A stretch of 64,000 bases of DNA from a bacterium (GCA_963663405.2 CAXXSM010000053.1:160001-224000), one strand, 5' to 3'; positions 30,846 through 42,159 are shown, numbered from the stretch's first letter. Numbers and translations are program-made. Notes: generated by a model from the sequence alone, not told the origin.

Positions 30846-32471
30846 TTATCCCATATAAGGATACCGCCAATCTTTCGGTGGAATAAACGTTTCCTTGATC
30901 GTGCGCGGCGAAACCCAGCGTTCCAGATTCAACCACGAACCGGCCTTGTCATTGGTTCCGGACGCGCGGCTGCCGCCGAATGGCTGCTGACCCACCACGG
31001 CGCCGGTCGGTTTGTCGTTCACATAGAAATTCCCCGCCGCATGACGCAGAATCGAGGACGCCTTCACAATCGCCGCCCGGTCTTGCGCAAAGATGGAACC
31101 GGTCAACGCGTAGGGGCTGGTTTCATTGCAGAGGCGTAGCGACTCTTCGTATTCCTTCTCTGGATAGACATAAATCGTCATAACCGGGCCAAAGATTTCC
31201 TCCACCATCAACTTCGACTTGGGCTCGGAACTGACAACGATGGTCGGTTCAATGAAATACCCCTTTGATGAATCGTAATTCCCACCAGCGATGATCTCAA
31301 AACCAGCGTTGTTTTTCGCGTAGTCGATGTATTCCGTGATGGTTTTAAACGCTTTTTCATCGATCACCGCGCCCATGAAATTACTGAAATCACAGATATC
31401 TCCCATTTTGACCTGCTGGGTTTCCGCGATCAATTTTTCTTTCACGGTGGGCCAGATGCTATCCGGGATATACGCGCGGCTGGCCGCCGAACATTTCTGC
31501 CCCTGATATTCAAACGCGCCGCGAACGAGGGCCGTGACTAAAGCGTTGATATGGGTGGAGGTATGCGCGAAGATGAAATCCTTCCCACCGGTTTCCCCAA
31601 CGATGCGGGGATACGAGAAGTACTTTCGGATATCGGAACCGATCGCCAGCCAAATCGTCGAAAAGACATACGTGCTGCCTGTAAAATGCACGCCTCCCAG
31701 ATCCAAGTGATCGAGCGCCGGGGGCGCCACCACAGGACCGGGGCCGGGAACCATATTGATTACGCCGTCCGGCATACCCGCTTCCTGCAGGATCTTCATA
31801 ATGTAATACGCGGGCAGCGTCGCGCTCGAAGCCGGTTTCCACACGACCGAATTCCCCATCAACGCCGGCGCGGTCGGCAGGTTCCCGGCGATCGATGTAA
31901 AGTTAAAGGGCGTGATTGCGAGGACAAAACCTTCCAGCGGGCGGTGTTCCATATAATTAAGAATACCCTGTGTGGACTGAGGTTGATCGCCGTACACCTC
32001 TTCCATGAAATGCGGATTGAAGCGCCAAAAATCGATTAGTTCACAGGCCGAATCGATTTCCGCTTGATGGCAGGTCTTGCTCATGCTGAGCATAGTCGAC
32101 ACGTTGAGAACGTTCCGGTATTTTGTCGAAAGCAGTTCCGCCGCCCGCAGCAGAATGATCGCCCGCGCGTCCCAGGGCATTTCCGACCATTCCTTTTTCG
32201 CCGCGTTTGCGGCGTCGATGGCTTGATGCGTCTCTTTCTCACTGGCTTGATGGTACTGACCGAGAACTTGTTCCCGATTGTGGGGGCAGCGGATATCCAC
32301 GAGATTCCCCGTTCGCACTTCTTTCCCGCCAATAATCAGTGGAACTTCAACAGGCGTGGAAAGCATTTCCTTCAACGCTGATTCCAAACTAGCGCGTTCC
32401 GGCGAGCCCGGCCTGTACTCGTAAACCGGTTCATTCACCGGCGAAGGAATTTTAAAAATCCCATTAAACAT
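30846..32471 (-). CDS. pruA: L-glutamate gamma-semialdehyde (1-pyrroline-5-carboxylate) dehydrogenase
   Basis: AEIDSACELIDF, PFNFTSIAGNL, FTGST, GETGGKDF, AFEYQGQKCSAASR, QQPFGGSRASGTNDKAG. ATG at 32471 follows GGAGG. Confidence 0.95.
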   Translation of the reverse strand: MFNGIFKIPSPVNEPVYEYRPGSPERASLESALKEMLSTPVEVPLIIGGKEVRTGNLVDIRCPHNREQVLGQYHQASEKETHQAIDAANAAKKEWSEMPWDARAIILLRAAELLSTKYRNVLNVSTMLSMSKTCHQAEIDSACELIDFWRFNPHFMEEVYGDQPQSTQGILNYMEHRPLEGFVLAITPFNFTSIAGNLPTAPALMGNSVVWKPASSATLPAYYIMKILQEAGMPDGVINMVPGPGPVVAPPALDHLDLGGVHFTGSTYVFSTIWLAIGSDIRKYFSYPRIVGETGGKDFIFAHTSTHINALVTALVRGAFEYQGQKCSAASRAYIPDSIWPTVKEKLIAETQQVKMGDICDFSNFMGAVIDEKAFKTITEYIDYAKNNAGFEIIAGGNYDSSKGYFIEPTIVVSSEPKSKLMVEEIFGPVMTIYVYPEKEYEESLRLCNETSPYALTGSIFAQDRAAIVKASSILRHAAGNFYVNDKPTGAVVGQQPFGGSRASGTNDKAGSWLNLERWVSPRTIKETFIPPKDWRYPYMG

Positions 32472-32754
32472 ATTGACCTCCAATAAATGATAGTAATTCA
32501 GATTGATAAAGAATCGATTCTGAACGATGGGATGGAAGAACATAGCTGCAACAAATGCGCATTACATAAACGAAACAGTATAGCGTTGTTATTTGGTCTG
32601 TGGAATGCGTGTATGACACGAATCGTTGAATTGAATTACTCTGGCGAGATTCTAAGGGATGGGCGATCGTCGGATAAAAAAGCTTATCTTGAAAGTGAGT
32701 ACGTTTTTGTTTGATAATTTTTTCTATTTCATGGAAGAATGCGGAAACATGTTC

Positions 32755-32832
32755 GCCCAGCCTTAAAAGGCTGGGCTAGTATCGAATGTCCCTTTGGGAC
32801 AAAAGAAAATAGCCCAGGATTTTAATCCTGGG
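32755..32832. repeat. Triple-hairpin repeat (family D)
   Basis: GCCCAGCC-ttaaaa-GGCTGGGC, TGTCCC-ttt-GGGACA, CCCAGGATT-tt-AATCCTGGG. Partial copy at 44041. Confidence 0.8.
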
Positions 32833-32950
32833 GAGTAAGGGATGTACTATCTTTATTTAAGAATGTGGGTTGTCCAATCAATGTTCAACTCCCTTCTAAA
32901 TTCCCCCAATCCTGAGAGGAAAAAAAGTTCTTCATGCCTTTTTTCTACAT

Positions 32951-34223
32951 TTATAATCCCCCCTGCAATTTCTCCTGCATGATTCCTAAAATCTCTTGAT
33001 CCATTGAAGCCAATCCTTTCGTGGCGATGCGGCCCAGGTTATGAAGGGACGCGTAACCGGTATCCCCTACGATTCCATCGGTGTGGGGGATGCCCACCCC
33101 GTTCATCGCCAGCGTGGCCGACCGGAAAGCGGCGTCTACGGTGGTCATGGTTTTGAGCGCGCAGCCGATCTTGGCCCCATCGCAGATCATTCCCGTCACG
33201 TTTCCAACCATATTATTAATCGCAAGGCCGATCTCTTTCTCCGTTCCTCCATGCAGCCGGACAAGTCCCGCCGCGAGGCCGATCCCTGCTGAATTTGAAC
33301 AACCACAAGCCGCTGAAAGTGTACCTAAAAAATACGTCGTCGCCGATGTCACTAAACAAGCGAGCGCCAGCGACTCATCGATCAATTCTTTGTCGATCGC
33401 TTTATCTTCTCCCCAAATATGCAATGGCACAGAACACACAATCCCCTTATTCCCCGATCCCGCGAGGGAAGAAACCACATAATCCTCACCCCACATCCGC
33501 GCATAGACTCCCGCGCATACTAAAACGCTTGCCCGGTGAAGTGAGTCTTTCCCATTCAATTCGATAAACGGTTTTGGAAAGAGAGATAAACCATGCCGCG
33601 CGATCGCAAGATTCGACTGAACGCCGCTCTGCAGCTGGACGCGATCGCTCGATGTCAGTTTCCGGCTCATTTCAATCAGCGCTTCGAGAGGCTGCTCGCT
33701 TAACCATCGCCGGACGGATCCGTTAGCCGTTATGGATTTGTGAGATTCAATCGGTTGGGTATGACCATCCCGTTCAAGTTGGACTAAGCGTGTATGATCA
33801 CCTTCAATCACGGCCCGTCCCACTCCATGTTCCCGGATCACCTGGCAGTCGATATACAATTGATCCTTCTCTTCCAGCACGTTGACGCGAACGTTTTGTC
33901 GATCGATTAGACCATTTGCCGCGTCCAAAATCGTTGGCGTAATCTGCCGGAAACATTCCAGTTTCGCCTCCGGATCGGGCAAAAAAGAACCAATCGCCAC
34001 CGCCCACAATATCCCCCGTCTTATGCCCTGAATGTGGAATTCCAACGGCGTAGCAATTTTTATAAATCCGTGGATCGCATTCCAATTCCACAGAACGAAT
34101 CGCGCCTTCCGCCTGTCCGGCGGCGCTCGCGGCGGCGTATGCGATGGACGCGGGTTCCGTGCAGCCCAACGCCGGTTTCCATTCTTCCTGCAAATACTCA
34201 CAGAAATCCATTTTCGCCCTCAT
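32951..34223 (-). CDS. UPF0597/YhaM-like L-cysteine desulfidase (serine dehydratase alpha-like), single frameshift
   Basis: KPALGCTEPASIA, ARM.G, GSGNKG, LSAACGC, GMICDGAKIGCALK. Removing one C from C5 at 34013-34017 gives KTGILWA and 423 aa. Confidence 0.88.
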
Positions 34224-34339
34224 GATTGAACGGGATTGTTTGTAAGAATCATTATATCAAATTCAATGATTCCGCCATCAAAAAAGAACATTACGCTGAA
34301 GATCCCCATTCTGATCCAGTTGGGAAACGCACTCCTCAT

Positions 34340-35257
34340 TTACCGGAAGGATTCACTATCCAGATCAACAAACTGCCCGCGCAACACTTCGAAAATCGCG
34401 GAATTATCCAACTCTCCCAAGCCCGATGAAACGCCTGTCTGAAGCATGATATGGTGCAATTGAGAAAGATACAGGGGCACACCCGTCTTTCGTCCCAGCT
34501 GAATTATGAGGTCCACATCTTTCAGATGCTGCGACAACCGCGCTTCCGGTTGATAGTCGCGGTTGATGATTTTGGGGCCTTTGGTATCCATCACGCGGGA
34601 ATAGGAGACACCGGATTTGAGCAATTCCAAAATTTGAGGCAGGTCGATATTCAACGCGTCCGCTAACAACAGCCCTTCGCTCAACACGAATCGATTTAGT
34701 CCCAAAACTAAATTTACAACCAACTTGGCCTGACTGCCTTTCCCAACGTCCCCCATATGAAAAACGCGTTTCGCGAATGTGTCCAAAATATCCCGGCATC
34801 GATCGAGAGCCTCCTCCATCCCCCCGGCGGAGACAATCGCTTCCCCTTTCGCTACGTGCGTAGAAGAACCAATAATACACGCGTCGATATACGTTCCTCC
34901 CGCCTCTTCAATCCGTTGCGCGATCTCCTCGCAGTGTGAGGGATCACCCGTCGTTGTATCAATAATAGATACATGCGGCGCGGATGAGAGAATCCCCTCT
35001 TCGTGTAAGATCACATCCTTGACTACGTTTGAATTCGGCAGAGAAAGAACGATACGTGGCGCCTCTTTCGCGGCCATCGTGGAGGTGGAAACAATCCGGA
35101 CGCCTTGCGCTTCCGCCTCCCGCCGCCGGTCTTCATTCAGGTCAAATCCAATCACATGAAATCCCGCCGCGAGAAATCGTTTTGCCAACGCGGCCCCAAC
35201 AAGCCCTAAACCAATTAGCCCTATACATTGTTCGTCTGAACCTGAAATGGCAGTCAT
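34340..35257 (-). CDS. NAD(P)-dependent 3-hydroxyacid dehydrogenase (MmsB/GarR family)
   Basis: IGLIGLGLVG, DTTTGDP, G.GSQAKLVVN, KDVDLI. Confidence 0.9.
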   Translation of the reverse strand: MTAISGSDEQCIGLIGLGLVGAALAKRFLAAGFHVIGFDLNEDRRREAEAQGVRIVSTSTMAAKEAPRIVLSLPNSNVVKDVILHEEGILSSAPHVSIIDTTTGDPSHCEEIAQRIEEAGGTYIDACIIGSSTHVAKGEAIVSAGGMEEALDRCRDILDTFAKRVFHMGDVGKGSQAKLVVNLVLGLNRFVLSEGLLLADALNIDLPQILELLKSGVSYSRVMDTKGPKIINRDYQPEARLSQHLKDVDLIIQLGRKTGVPLYLSQLHHIMLQTGVSSGLGELDNSAIFEVLRGQFVDLDSESFR

Positions 35258-35267
35258 CTTGGTTCCT

Positions 35268-36963
35268 TTAATGTATGTTTCTCATTCTTCGGTTTGTCAC
35301 AACCGCAGCAAAATACTGTGCTCCATAAATCAAAACAAAAACAATCGCGGCGGCCACAAGAAAACCCACCCACGATTGCCGATCCGGTTTCACTAGAAAT
35401 AAGCCGAACGAATCAAATAATCGTTCCCGCGTTGGAATCGCTTCATCCAGCGGCAGTTCCAGTTTCTCCTCGGCGCCGATAGGGGTGTGAATCCGCACAA
35501 AAAAGCGATCGGTGATGGTTTGATTGATCGGCTGGGTGAATACACTCGCTAGACACCCACTAACAATCCCCACCGGTAGAAAACACGCGGTTTGATAGGC
35601 GATCGCAGGCGCGATGCCATAGACGCTGGATGGGAACAAATAATACTTTGCGACATACAACGTCAGCGCGGCGGTGAAGAAACTGACAAACACGCCGACG
35701 GTATTCATTCGTCTCCACAAGATCCCCATCCAGAACGAAATTCCAATCGACGCAGTAATCTGAAAGAAGGTAAACGCTCCTTCCAGCACTGTCGGAAACA
35801 CCGTGGAGAAGAACAAAGCCAAGAGCACAATGACCAAACTCATTGTTCGTCCCACCGCGAGATAGTGTTTTTCATCACGTTCTTTCGCGAGATAAGCGCG
35901 GTACACATTCTCCGTGATGAGTCCGGATGTCGCGACCATCAGCGCGTCGCATGTGGACATCGCGGCGGCCATGATGCTGGCGAGCATCAATCCCCGCAGA
36001 CCCGCTGGTAGAAGATCGGCGATGGCGTAGCCAAACACCCGCTCCGATTCTTCCACACCCAAACCGGGATACATGACCAAAGCGCACACACCAATCAACG
36101 CCCAACCCAACGTGCAGATGCGCTTCAAAAAATTGCCGTACGTCATCCCCACACGCCCTTCCCATTCGGTTTTTCCTGCTGAAGTTGTAGCCATCACTTG
36201 CGATTGCGCGACGATGCCGACCATCGCGTTCAATGATAAAAGACCAATCACAGGAATCGTGATCTGATGAGAAGAGATCAGGTCCAATATAGCTGGTGAA
36301 GCGCTTGTACGAATGCCCTCGAATCCTCCAACAGTCCACAACGCGAAGGGAACCATGAGAAACGACAAAAATATGATAAAAACGCTCTTGAATCAAATCC
36401 GTCACCACCGCCGCGACCAAACCCCCGGCGGCGCCGTAGATGATGAAAGACAGCGTCATGATCAACACCGCCGCCGTTTGCGAAATCGCCCCGCCGGTCA
36501 TCGCCGAGATCACGAGTCCCGTTCCCTGCAAAAGAATCCCCATATTGATCGTCATCGAAAATGCGCTGACCACAACAAACAAAAGCGACGCGGACGGCCC
36601 ATACCGGTCATGATAGATATCCGCCGTCGTTAACCGGCGGCTGCGGCGGAACACGGGCGCGAGCAGCCAGTAAAAAGGCGTGGTGAACATCCACTGCCAC
36701 TGCACCCAGATCCCGGAAATCCCGTTTCGATAACACGCCCCGCTCACCGTGACGGCTTGGTCCGTGTGTGTTCCCGCGCCGAACGAATGGAAAATCATGA
36801 GAATTTTGCCAAACCGCCGCCCGGCCATAAAAAAATCTTCTCGCGTCCGAATGGTTGTTTTCGTCGCGAATCCGATAATGGTAATAATGACAAGGTATAG
36901 CGATACCGCAATCCAATCCCCCGTCTGCAAACCTAATATATGCGCGGTGTCATTCATTGTCAT
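35268..36963 (-). CDS. Sodium:solute symporter (SSS) family transporter, single frameshift
   Basis: DFFMAGR, YGAAGGLVAAVVTDLIQ, GLMLASIMAAAMST. One extra base near 36387 separates ORFs 35875..36963 and 35268..36368; joined length 564 aa. Confidence 0.9.
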
Positions 36964-36985
36964 TCAATCTCATAACTAAAAGCAT

Positions 36986-37954
36986 TCATTCCTGAGCGAT
37001 ATGGTTTAGAAAATCTTGGTAAGCCGATGACAAATCAAGAGATTCCTTCTCTGGAACGCTGTAAATATAGACACCGAAACAGAGCGAAAACGTTTCCCCT
37101 TGTTTGATTTCGATCCGGCTCGGTTTCTCTTTTGTAAACGCGTTCCGGCCAAATGGATTAGCGGTCAATAAACCGTAATCCCGCGCATGAAACCAGGATT
37201 GCCTGAAATTCTCCGGCGAGGTCATCAACGCAACGCCGGTCCGTCTTTCATTGATGATTCCGCTGTAATCGCACCAATCGGCTTGTTTACCCCAAACTTC
37301 AGATTCATTCTTCAATCCCGCGCTGTTCATAATTGTTCCACCGTTCTTGACAGTGAGTGGCGTCGCGGTTCGAACACCCAATCCCATCTCTTCCTGATCG
37401 CCGAAGTAAAAATCACCGGCGCTGGATGAAAAATCGGAATGGAAAATCAGAAGAACATACGCTGCCCGCGCTACGATGGAATACTCACATCTCTCCTGAC
37501 AAATCCTCCGCTCTCCATCCGCCGTTATATAAGCGTTTTCCACGCTAAACGAGCCCCGCCCAATTCCGCCTTGTGGCGCATTAATAAATCGAGCATGCCG
37601 TGTCCGCGCCTTGTTGCGCCAAAAATCAGCGCCGCTTAGATCCCCGAACGACAGCCAAATTCCTGGATGATACGCCGCGTGATCGGTTGGATCAGAGCCG
37701 GAAACAGGCGGATGATTGCGGGTAACCTGGAATCCCCCCGGCGCGTGAACATCGCAAAAATAGGGGCGGGGGATCTCCGCATCCTTGTAAACATATACTG
37801 CAAAAGGATCGCCACCCATCTTGATCTCCAACCGCCCATCTTTTTCCTGAAACGAAACAAAAGGCAGATCCGGCGCGGATACGCAGGATTGCGTAAAGAT
37901 CCAGCAAACGGCGAACAGCCAACCTATTTTGTTTCTATATTTATATATACGCAT
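36986..37954 (-). CDS. DUF6807 (PmoA-like) family lipoprotein
   Basis: Lipobox-like TQSC, PRPYF, DHAAYHPGIW, GDQEEMGLGVR, WGKQADWCDYSG, WFHARDYGLLTANPFG. Confidence 0.82.
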   Translation of the reverse strand: MRIYKYRNKIGWLFAVCWIFTQSCVSAPDLPFVSFQEKDGRLEIKMGGDPFAVYVYKDAEIPRPYFCDVHAPGGFQVTRNHPPVSGSDPTDHAAYHPGIWLSFGDLSGADFWRNKARTRHARFINAPQGGIGRGSFSVENAYITADGERRICQERCEYSIVARAAYVLLIFHSDFSSSAGDFYFGDQEEMGLGVRTATPLTVKNGGTIMNSAGLKNESEVWGKQADWCDYSGIINERRTGVALMTSPENFRQSWFHARDYGLLTANPFGRNAFTKEKPSRIEIKQGETFSLCFGVYIYSVPEKESLDLSSAYQDFLNHIAQE

Positions 37955-37961
37955 GATTGTC

Positions 37962-39251
37962 TTATCCTATTGAGGGCAATTCGTATTCTTTCCGGTATGT
38001 CCGGGTGAGCAGCACATTCGCCTCAGCGTCATCGATAAACTGCTGTTTTGTTGAGTCGAAGCGCAATTTTCGGCCCACACGGGTCAAAATGTTCCCAAAA
38101 TGACATAACGATGCGGAACGGAATCCCTCCAAAATCGGCGCATTAAGCCCGTCTGGATTATTCGCTTTCACGCATGCAATAAAATTGCGAACATTCGCCT
38201 CAATATCGCTCCCCCCGCCGATTTTCTCCGGTTGCTGATCAATATAAGTGACAAAACATCCCTTGCGGCCGATCTCCAGTTTTCCTTTGTCTCCATAGTA
38301 GATCACGCCGTTGTCGTGCCCTTCCAGTTTATAATCGGTCCACAACCGCATTTCGTATTGGAGGTAACAATCTTCAAATTCATAGAGTATCGTCTGCGTA
38401 TCCGGTGTTTCATGATCGTCGTCATAGAATAACTGGCCTCCGGAACCGCTGATCGTGTGAGGAAAAGCGACTCCCAATCCCCACCGGGCTGCGTCGATCT
38501 GATGAATTCCGTCGTTTCCGATATCCCCCGTGCCATAATCCCAATACCAGTGCCAGTTGTAGTGCCAGCGGTTTTTGCTGAAGGGCCGTACCGGCGCGGG
38601 GCCCAGCCAACGATCGTAATCCACGCCGGGTGGCGGGGACTGGTCCGGCTCCCGGCCGATGGGGCCTCGCAATTGATGGTTGATCGCCTTCGCCAGCCGG
38701 ATTTTCCCCAGCCCGCCTTCGCGCAGGAACTGAATCGCGTCTTGTACGCCTTCACCGCTGCGGTGCTGTGTTCCATGTTGGACGCATTGTTTGTATTTTG
38801 CCGCGGCTTTGGCTAATAGAATCCCTTCGTGGATGTTATGGCAGCAAGGTTTCTCGACATATACGTGTTTCCCGGCCAATACAGCTTCCAGCGCAATTTT
38901 CGCATGCCAATGATCCGGCGTGGCGACGCTTACCGTGTCGATCTTCCGGTCGTCTAAAATCCGGCGGTAATCATTGTATTGCGCCACGTTAGAAGAATTG
39001 GGAAGCGAGGCGGCCGCTTTTTCCCGGCGTGTTGGATCCACGTCACAGACCGCGAGCACAACCACATCGTCTGAAAGACTGGAAAATAACCGGCAGTGCG
39101 TTCTCCCTTGACCGCCGGCGCCGATGACCGCGTGTCCCACACGTTCGTTTGGAGATCCTTGAACCTGGTTCACAATGGCCAGAGACGCCGTGGACACAGC
39201 CACACCCGCGCTGGTGGATTGTATAAAATGCCGGCGTGATAGATTTACCAT
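37962..39251 (-). CDS. Tat-exported Gfo/Idh/MocA family oxidoreductase
   Basis: SRRHFI Tat motif, IGAGGQG, ATPDHWH, KHVYVEKP, GDIGNDGIHQID. Confidence 0.93.
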   Translation of the reverse strand: MVNLSRRHFIQSTSAGVAVSTASLAIVNQVQGSPNERVGHAVIGAGGQGRTHCRLFSSLSDDVVVLAVCDVDPTRREKAAASLPNSSNVAQYNDYRRILDDRKIDTVSVATPDHWHAKIALEAVLAGKHVYVEKPCCHNIHEGILLAKAAAKYKQCVQHGTQHRSGEGVQDAIQFLREGGLGKIRLAKAINHQLRGPIGREPDQSPPPGVDYDRWLGPAPVRPFSKNRWHYNWHWYWDYGTGDIGNDGIHQIDAARWGLGVAFPHTISGSGGQLFYDDDHETPDTQTILYEFEDCYLQYEMRLWTDYKLEGHDNGVIYYGDKGKLEIGRKGCFVTYIDQQPEKIGGGSDIEANVRNFIACVKANNPDGLNAPILEGFRSASLCHFGNILTRVGRKLRFDSTKQQFIDDAEANVLLTRTYRKEYELPSIG

Positions 39252-39585
39252 GATGTAATCATCCTCCCCTTACTATACAAAGAAATAGCGGCGACTCTGC
39301 GCGCTTTAGTAAGCGTATAGTGGAGAGAATCGCATGTATAGGGTATACATTAAAGGAGGCGCCCACAGTCAATTCATCTCACTTAGCCGGTCAACAGGAA
39401 AAGCAATCATTGGCAGAATGCGTCAAATGGCCTTTCCAAATGATCGTGTTTTAATTGATTGGATAGACGGTGAAAAACGAAAAAAGTTTATTGTTTTGTG
39501 CGCCTAACTGTAGGATTTTTTGATTTAGCGCTGAAGACAAAGCTGAAGATAGGATTGTATAAACCACTGGATTTTCCACTCTGAT

Positions 39586-39936
39586 TCAATCCCACTCATC
39601 TTCGAACCAGTTCACGCCGGGAAACAACATCTGTTTTTCAATCATCCGTTCAAGATGGACGCGCGTAAATTGATGAAACTTCCGCTTTGCGTCATCTCCA
39701 TAACGGGCTTTGATTTGTTTTCTCTCGGATGGTTTCAACTGAGGCCAGTGGATGTGGAATTCTACACGGATCACACGAGCACGTACGCCGTTTTTCATGG
39801 TGACGACCTGGCCGGTGTATTCTTTGAAATCGGAATGAAAACCCGGTTCGATCCAGGTCGCCGTCTCCTGCCGCTTGAAGTCAATATCCCATTCCATAAC
39901 AATATGCACGGTAGCAGAAAGAAACTCGTTTCGCAA
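39586..39936 (-). CDS. Small hypothetical protein
   Basis: About 103-116 aa, protein-like composition, fills the gap between two genes, acidic aromatic C-terminus. No family recognised. Confidence 0.55.
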   Translation of the reverse strand: MRNEFLSATVHIVMEWDIDFKRQETATWIEPGFHSDFKEYTGQVVTMKNGVRARVIRVEFHIHWPQLKPSERKQIKARYGDDAKRKFHQFTRVHLERMIEKQMLFPGVNWFEDEWD

Positions 39937-40065
39937 GCAAGAACGTGTTTCCCCGAATCACCGGCGCTCTTGTTTTTGACACTTCATCGTGATTGCGCTA
40001 TATACAATCAGGGAGCGCACTACAATTAGACAAAATGAAGAGATTCAGAAAGGTAGCGTACAGAG

Positions 40066-42123
40066 ATGATTAGTCAGTTTTTAAGATCGTATTCTTCATG
40101 GATTCTATTACTCATCCTGATTACTCCATCAGGCTTCTCCCCTTTGGCGCAGGGAACCAGCGCGGACCATGATGTTTGGAAAGCGCTGCAAACCATCGAG
40201 CGGGGCATTCCCACAGCCGAAGGGCATCCCGGAAACATCTTTCTGGCGGGACAGGAAGTGATCGTCAAAGCGTCTCCTTCAATTCCCGTGAACGCGACGT
40301 GGTGGCAGATCCTGGATGACAAGCGAAACCGTGTCCGGTCGGGGGAATTGAAATCCGAACATACGACAGATACATTTCAAGCGGGCGCGCTGGGCGTTGG
40401 TTGGTATCGGATCGAGTTTCTCGACGCCGGTTCGAATTGTCTGAGTTGGACCACGGCGGCGGTCTTGGCAAAATTGGCCGCCCCCGTTCCCCAAGATTCA
40501 CCTATCTGCATTGACGGCGCGATTTCCTGGTTCGCAAAAGAAAATCCAACGAAGCAGGAACAAGCCGCCCGGTTGGCCGCGTTGACCGGCGCGAATTGGA
40601 TTCGCGACCGCATCCGCTGGGGAGAAGTACAAACCGGACCGTCTCTTTTATTGGAACGAACGACGTATGACACGGCGGCCAATTTACAATCCCAGTTCGG
40701 ATTAAAAATCCTTCAAGTCTTCCATGACACGCCCGATTGGGCCGTTGAAGGCGCTTCCTCCCGCGCCCGGTTTCCAAACGATTTACGTGTCCTGTATAAA
40801 TTTTGCAAAGCGATGAGCGTTCGGTATAAAAACCGCGTGCAAGCGTGGGAACCGTGGAATGAAGCCAACGCGCCCGATTTCGGCGCGCAGACCGTGGATG
40901 AGATGTGCTCCATGCAGAAAGCCGCGTACCTTGGTTTCAAAGAAGGCGATCCAACGGTAACTGTCGGCTGGAACGCCTACGCGGGCGTGCCCTCACCTCT
41001 CCATACAAAAGGTGTTCTTAAAAATGAAGCCTGGCCGTACTTCGATACATACAATATTCATACCTATGATTGGCCCGATTCCTATCAAACGCTTCGAAAA
41101 CCTGTGTTTGACGCCGCTTGCGGGCGCCCCATCTGGGTGACGGAAAGTGACCGGGGCATCCAGTATCAAACCGGCGAACCGTGGTGCGATCTTTCGCAGG
41201 AAAGCGAACGCCTGAAAGCGGAATTCATCGCGCAATCCTACGCGTGCAGCCTGTACGCGGGCTGTCAGCGCCATTTTCATTTTATTCTGGGGCACTACTT
41301 TGGACGGCACAGTCAAATCCAGTTTGGCCTTCTCCGCTTGGATTTTACGCCCCGGCCCGCGTATGTGGCGCTGGCCGCCGTAGGACGTTTTTTAGCGGGC
41401 GCCCGGTGCGTGGGCCGCTGGCCTGTGCCCGATAATCCCGACGCGCATGTCTATGCGTTTCGCGCCAAACCGGATGGCGTCGACCAGGATGTCCTCGTGG
41501 CGTGGGCCGAAAAAAGCGTGGATTGGCCCCAACGGGGTATAACCGAGGTTGAATGGAGCTTACCCCCGAATACACAAGTCCAAGGCGTCTTTGACTACTT
41601 GGGACGTTCACTCGGAGCGAGTGTGCCGGAGAAGTTGAAATCGGCCCCGGTCTTCATTCTCCTCCCTCCAAACGCCGCCGAAAAACTGCCGCTCGAACGT
41701 TTGGATCCCCGTCCCTTTAAAGAAGGCAAGACTTCACCGGTCGTCCTGCAGCTATTAATGGAGCCATCGACAACCGTCCGGGTGACGGAACAGCCTTGGG
41801 CCGTTGAATTCGAACATCAGGTCAATCCGGGTAAAGAGATCGATCTGCCCCTTTTCGCGTATAATTTCAGCAATAACACCGTGCATGGCGTTATCAGCGT
41901 TGAACACGCGCCGGAAGGATGGAAACTGACACCGAACCGGTGGGAAGTCGAAATCGAACCAATGGGCCGGATACAACTATCCACAAAGTTCCTCATGCCC
42001 GCCCGCAACAGCGATAAGTCATCCGATAATTGGATCAATCTGCGGGGCGTCTTCGGTAACGCGGAAGAATCCGTCCTGGCGTTCCGTCTGATTTCCTTCC
42101 CCGGCGAGGGATATAATAACTGA
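40066..42123 (+). CDS. Secreted clan GH-A-like glycoside hydrolase (GH39/GH5-like) with C-terminal Ig-like domain
   Basis: GANWIRDRIRW, AWEPWNEAN (acid/base), NIHTY, PIWVTES (nucleophile), FGLLR.DFTPRPAY. Confidence 0.8.
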   Translation: MISQFLRSYSSWILLLILITPSGFSPLAQGTSADHDVWKALQTIERGIPTAEGHPGNIFLAGQEVIVKASPSIPVNATWWQILDDKRNRVRSGELKSEHTTDTFQAGALGVGWYRIEFLDAGSNCLSWTTAAVLAKLAAPVPQDSPICIDGAISWFAKENPTKQEQAARLAALTGANWIRDRIRWGEVQTGPSLLLERTTYDTAANLQSQFGLKILQVFHDTPDWAVEGASSRARFPNDLRVLYKFCKAMSVRYKNRVQAWEPWNEANAPDFGAQTVDEMCSMQKAAYLGFKEGDPTVTVGWNAYAGVPSPLHTKGVLKNEAWPYFDTYNIHTYDWPDSYQTLRKPVFDAACGRPIWVTESDRGIQYQTGEPWCDLSQESERLKAEFIAQSYACSLYAGCQRHFHFILGHYFGRHSQIQFGLLRLDFTPRPAYVALAAVGRFLAGARCVGRWPVPDNPDAHVYAFRAKPDGVDQDVLVAWAEKSVDWPQRGITEVEWSLPPNTQVQGVFDYLGRSLGASVPEKLKSAPVFILLPPNAAEKLPLERLDPRPFKEGKTSPVVLQLLMEPSTTVRVTEQPWAVEFEHQVNPGKEIDLPLFAYNFSNNTVHGVISVEHAPEGWKLTPNRWEVEIEPMGRIQLSTKFLMPARNSDKSSDNWINLRGVFGNAEESVLAFRLISFPGEGYNN

Positions 42124-42159
42124 ACGCAAGCGGGTGAATACGAATTAACATAGATAGAT

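Noticed and set aside
36986-37954. Methane monooxygenase
   Set aside because: The PmoA-like label of this family is a misnomer. The protein is a soluble lipoprotein and there is no pmoB/pmoC.
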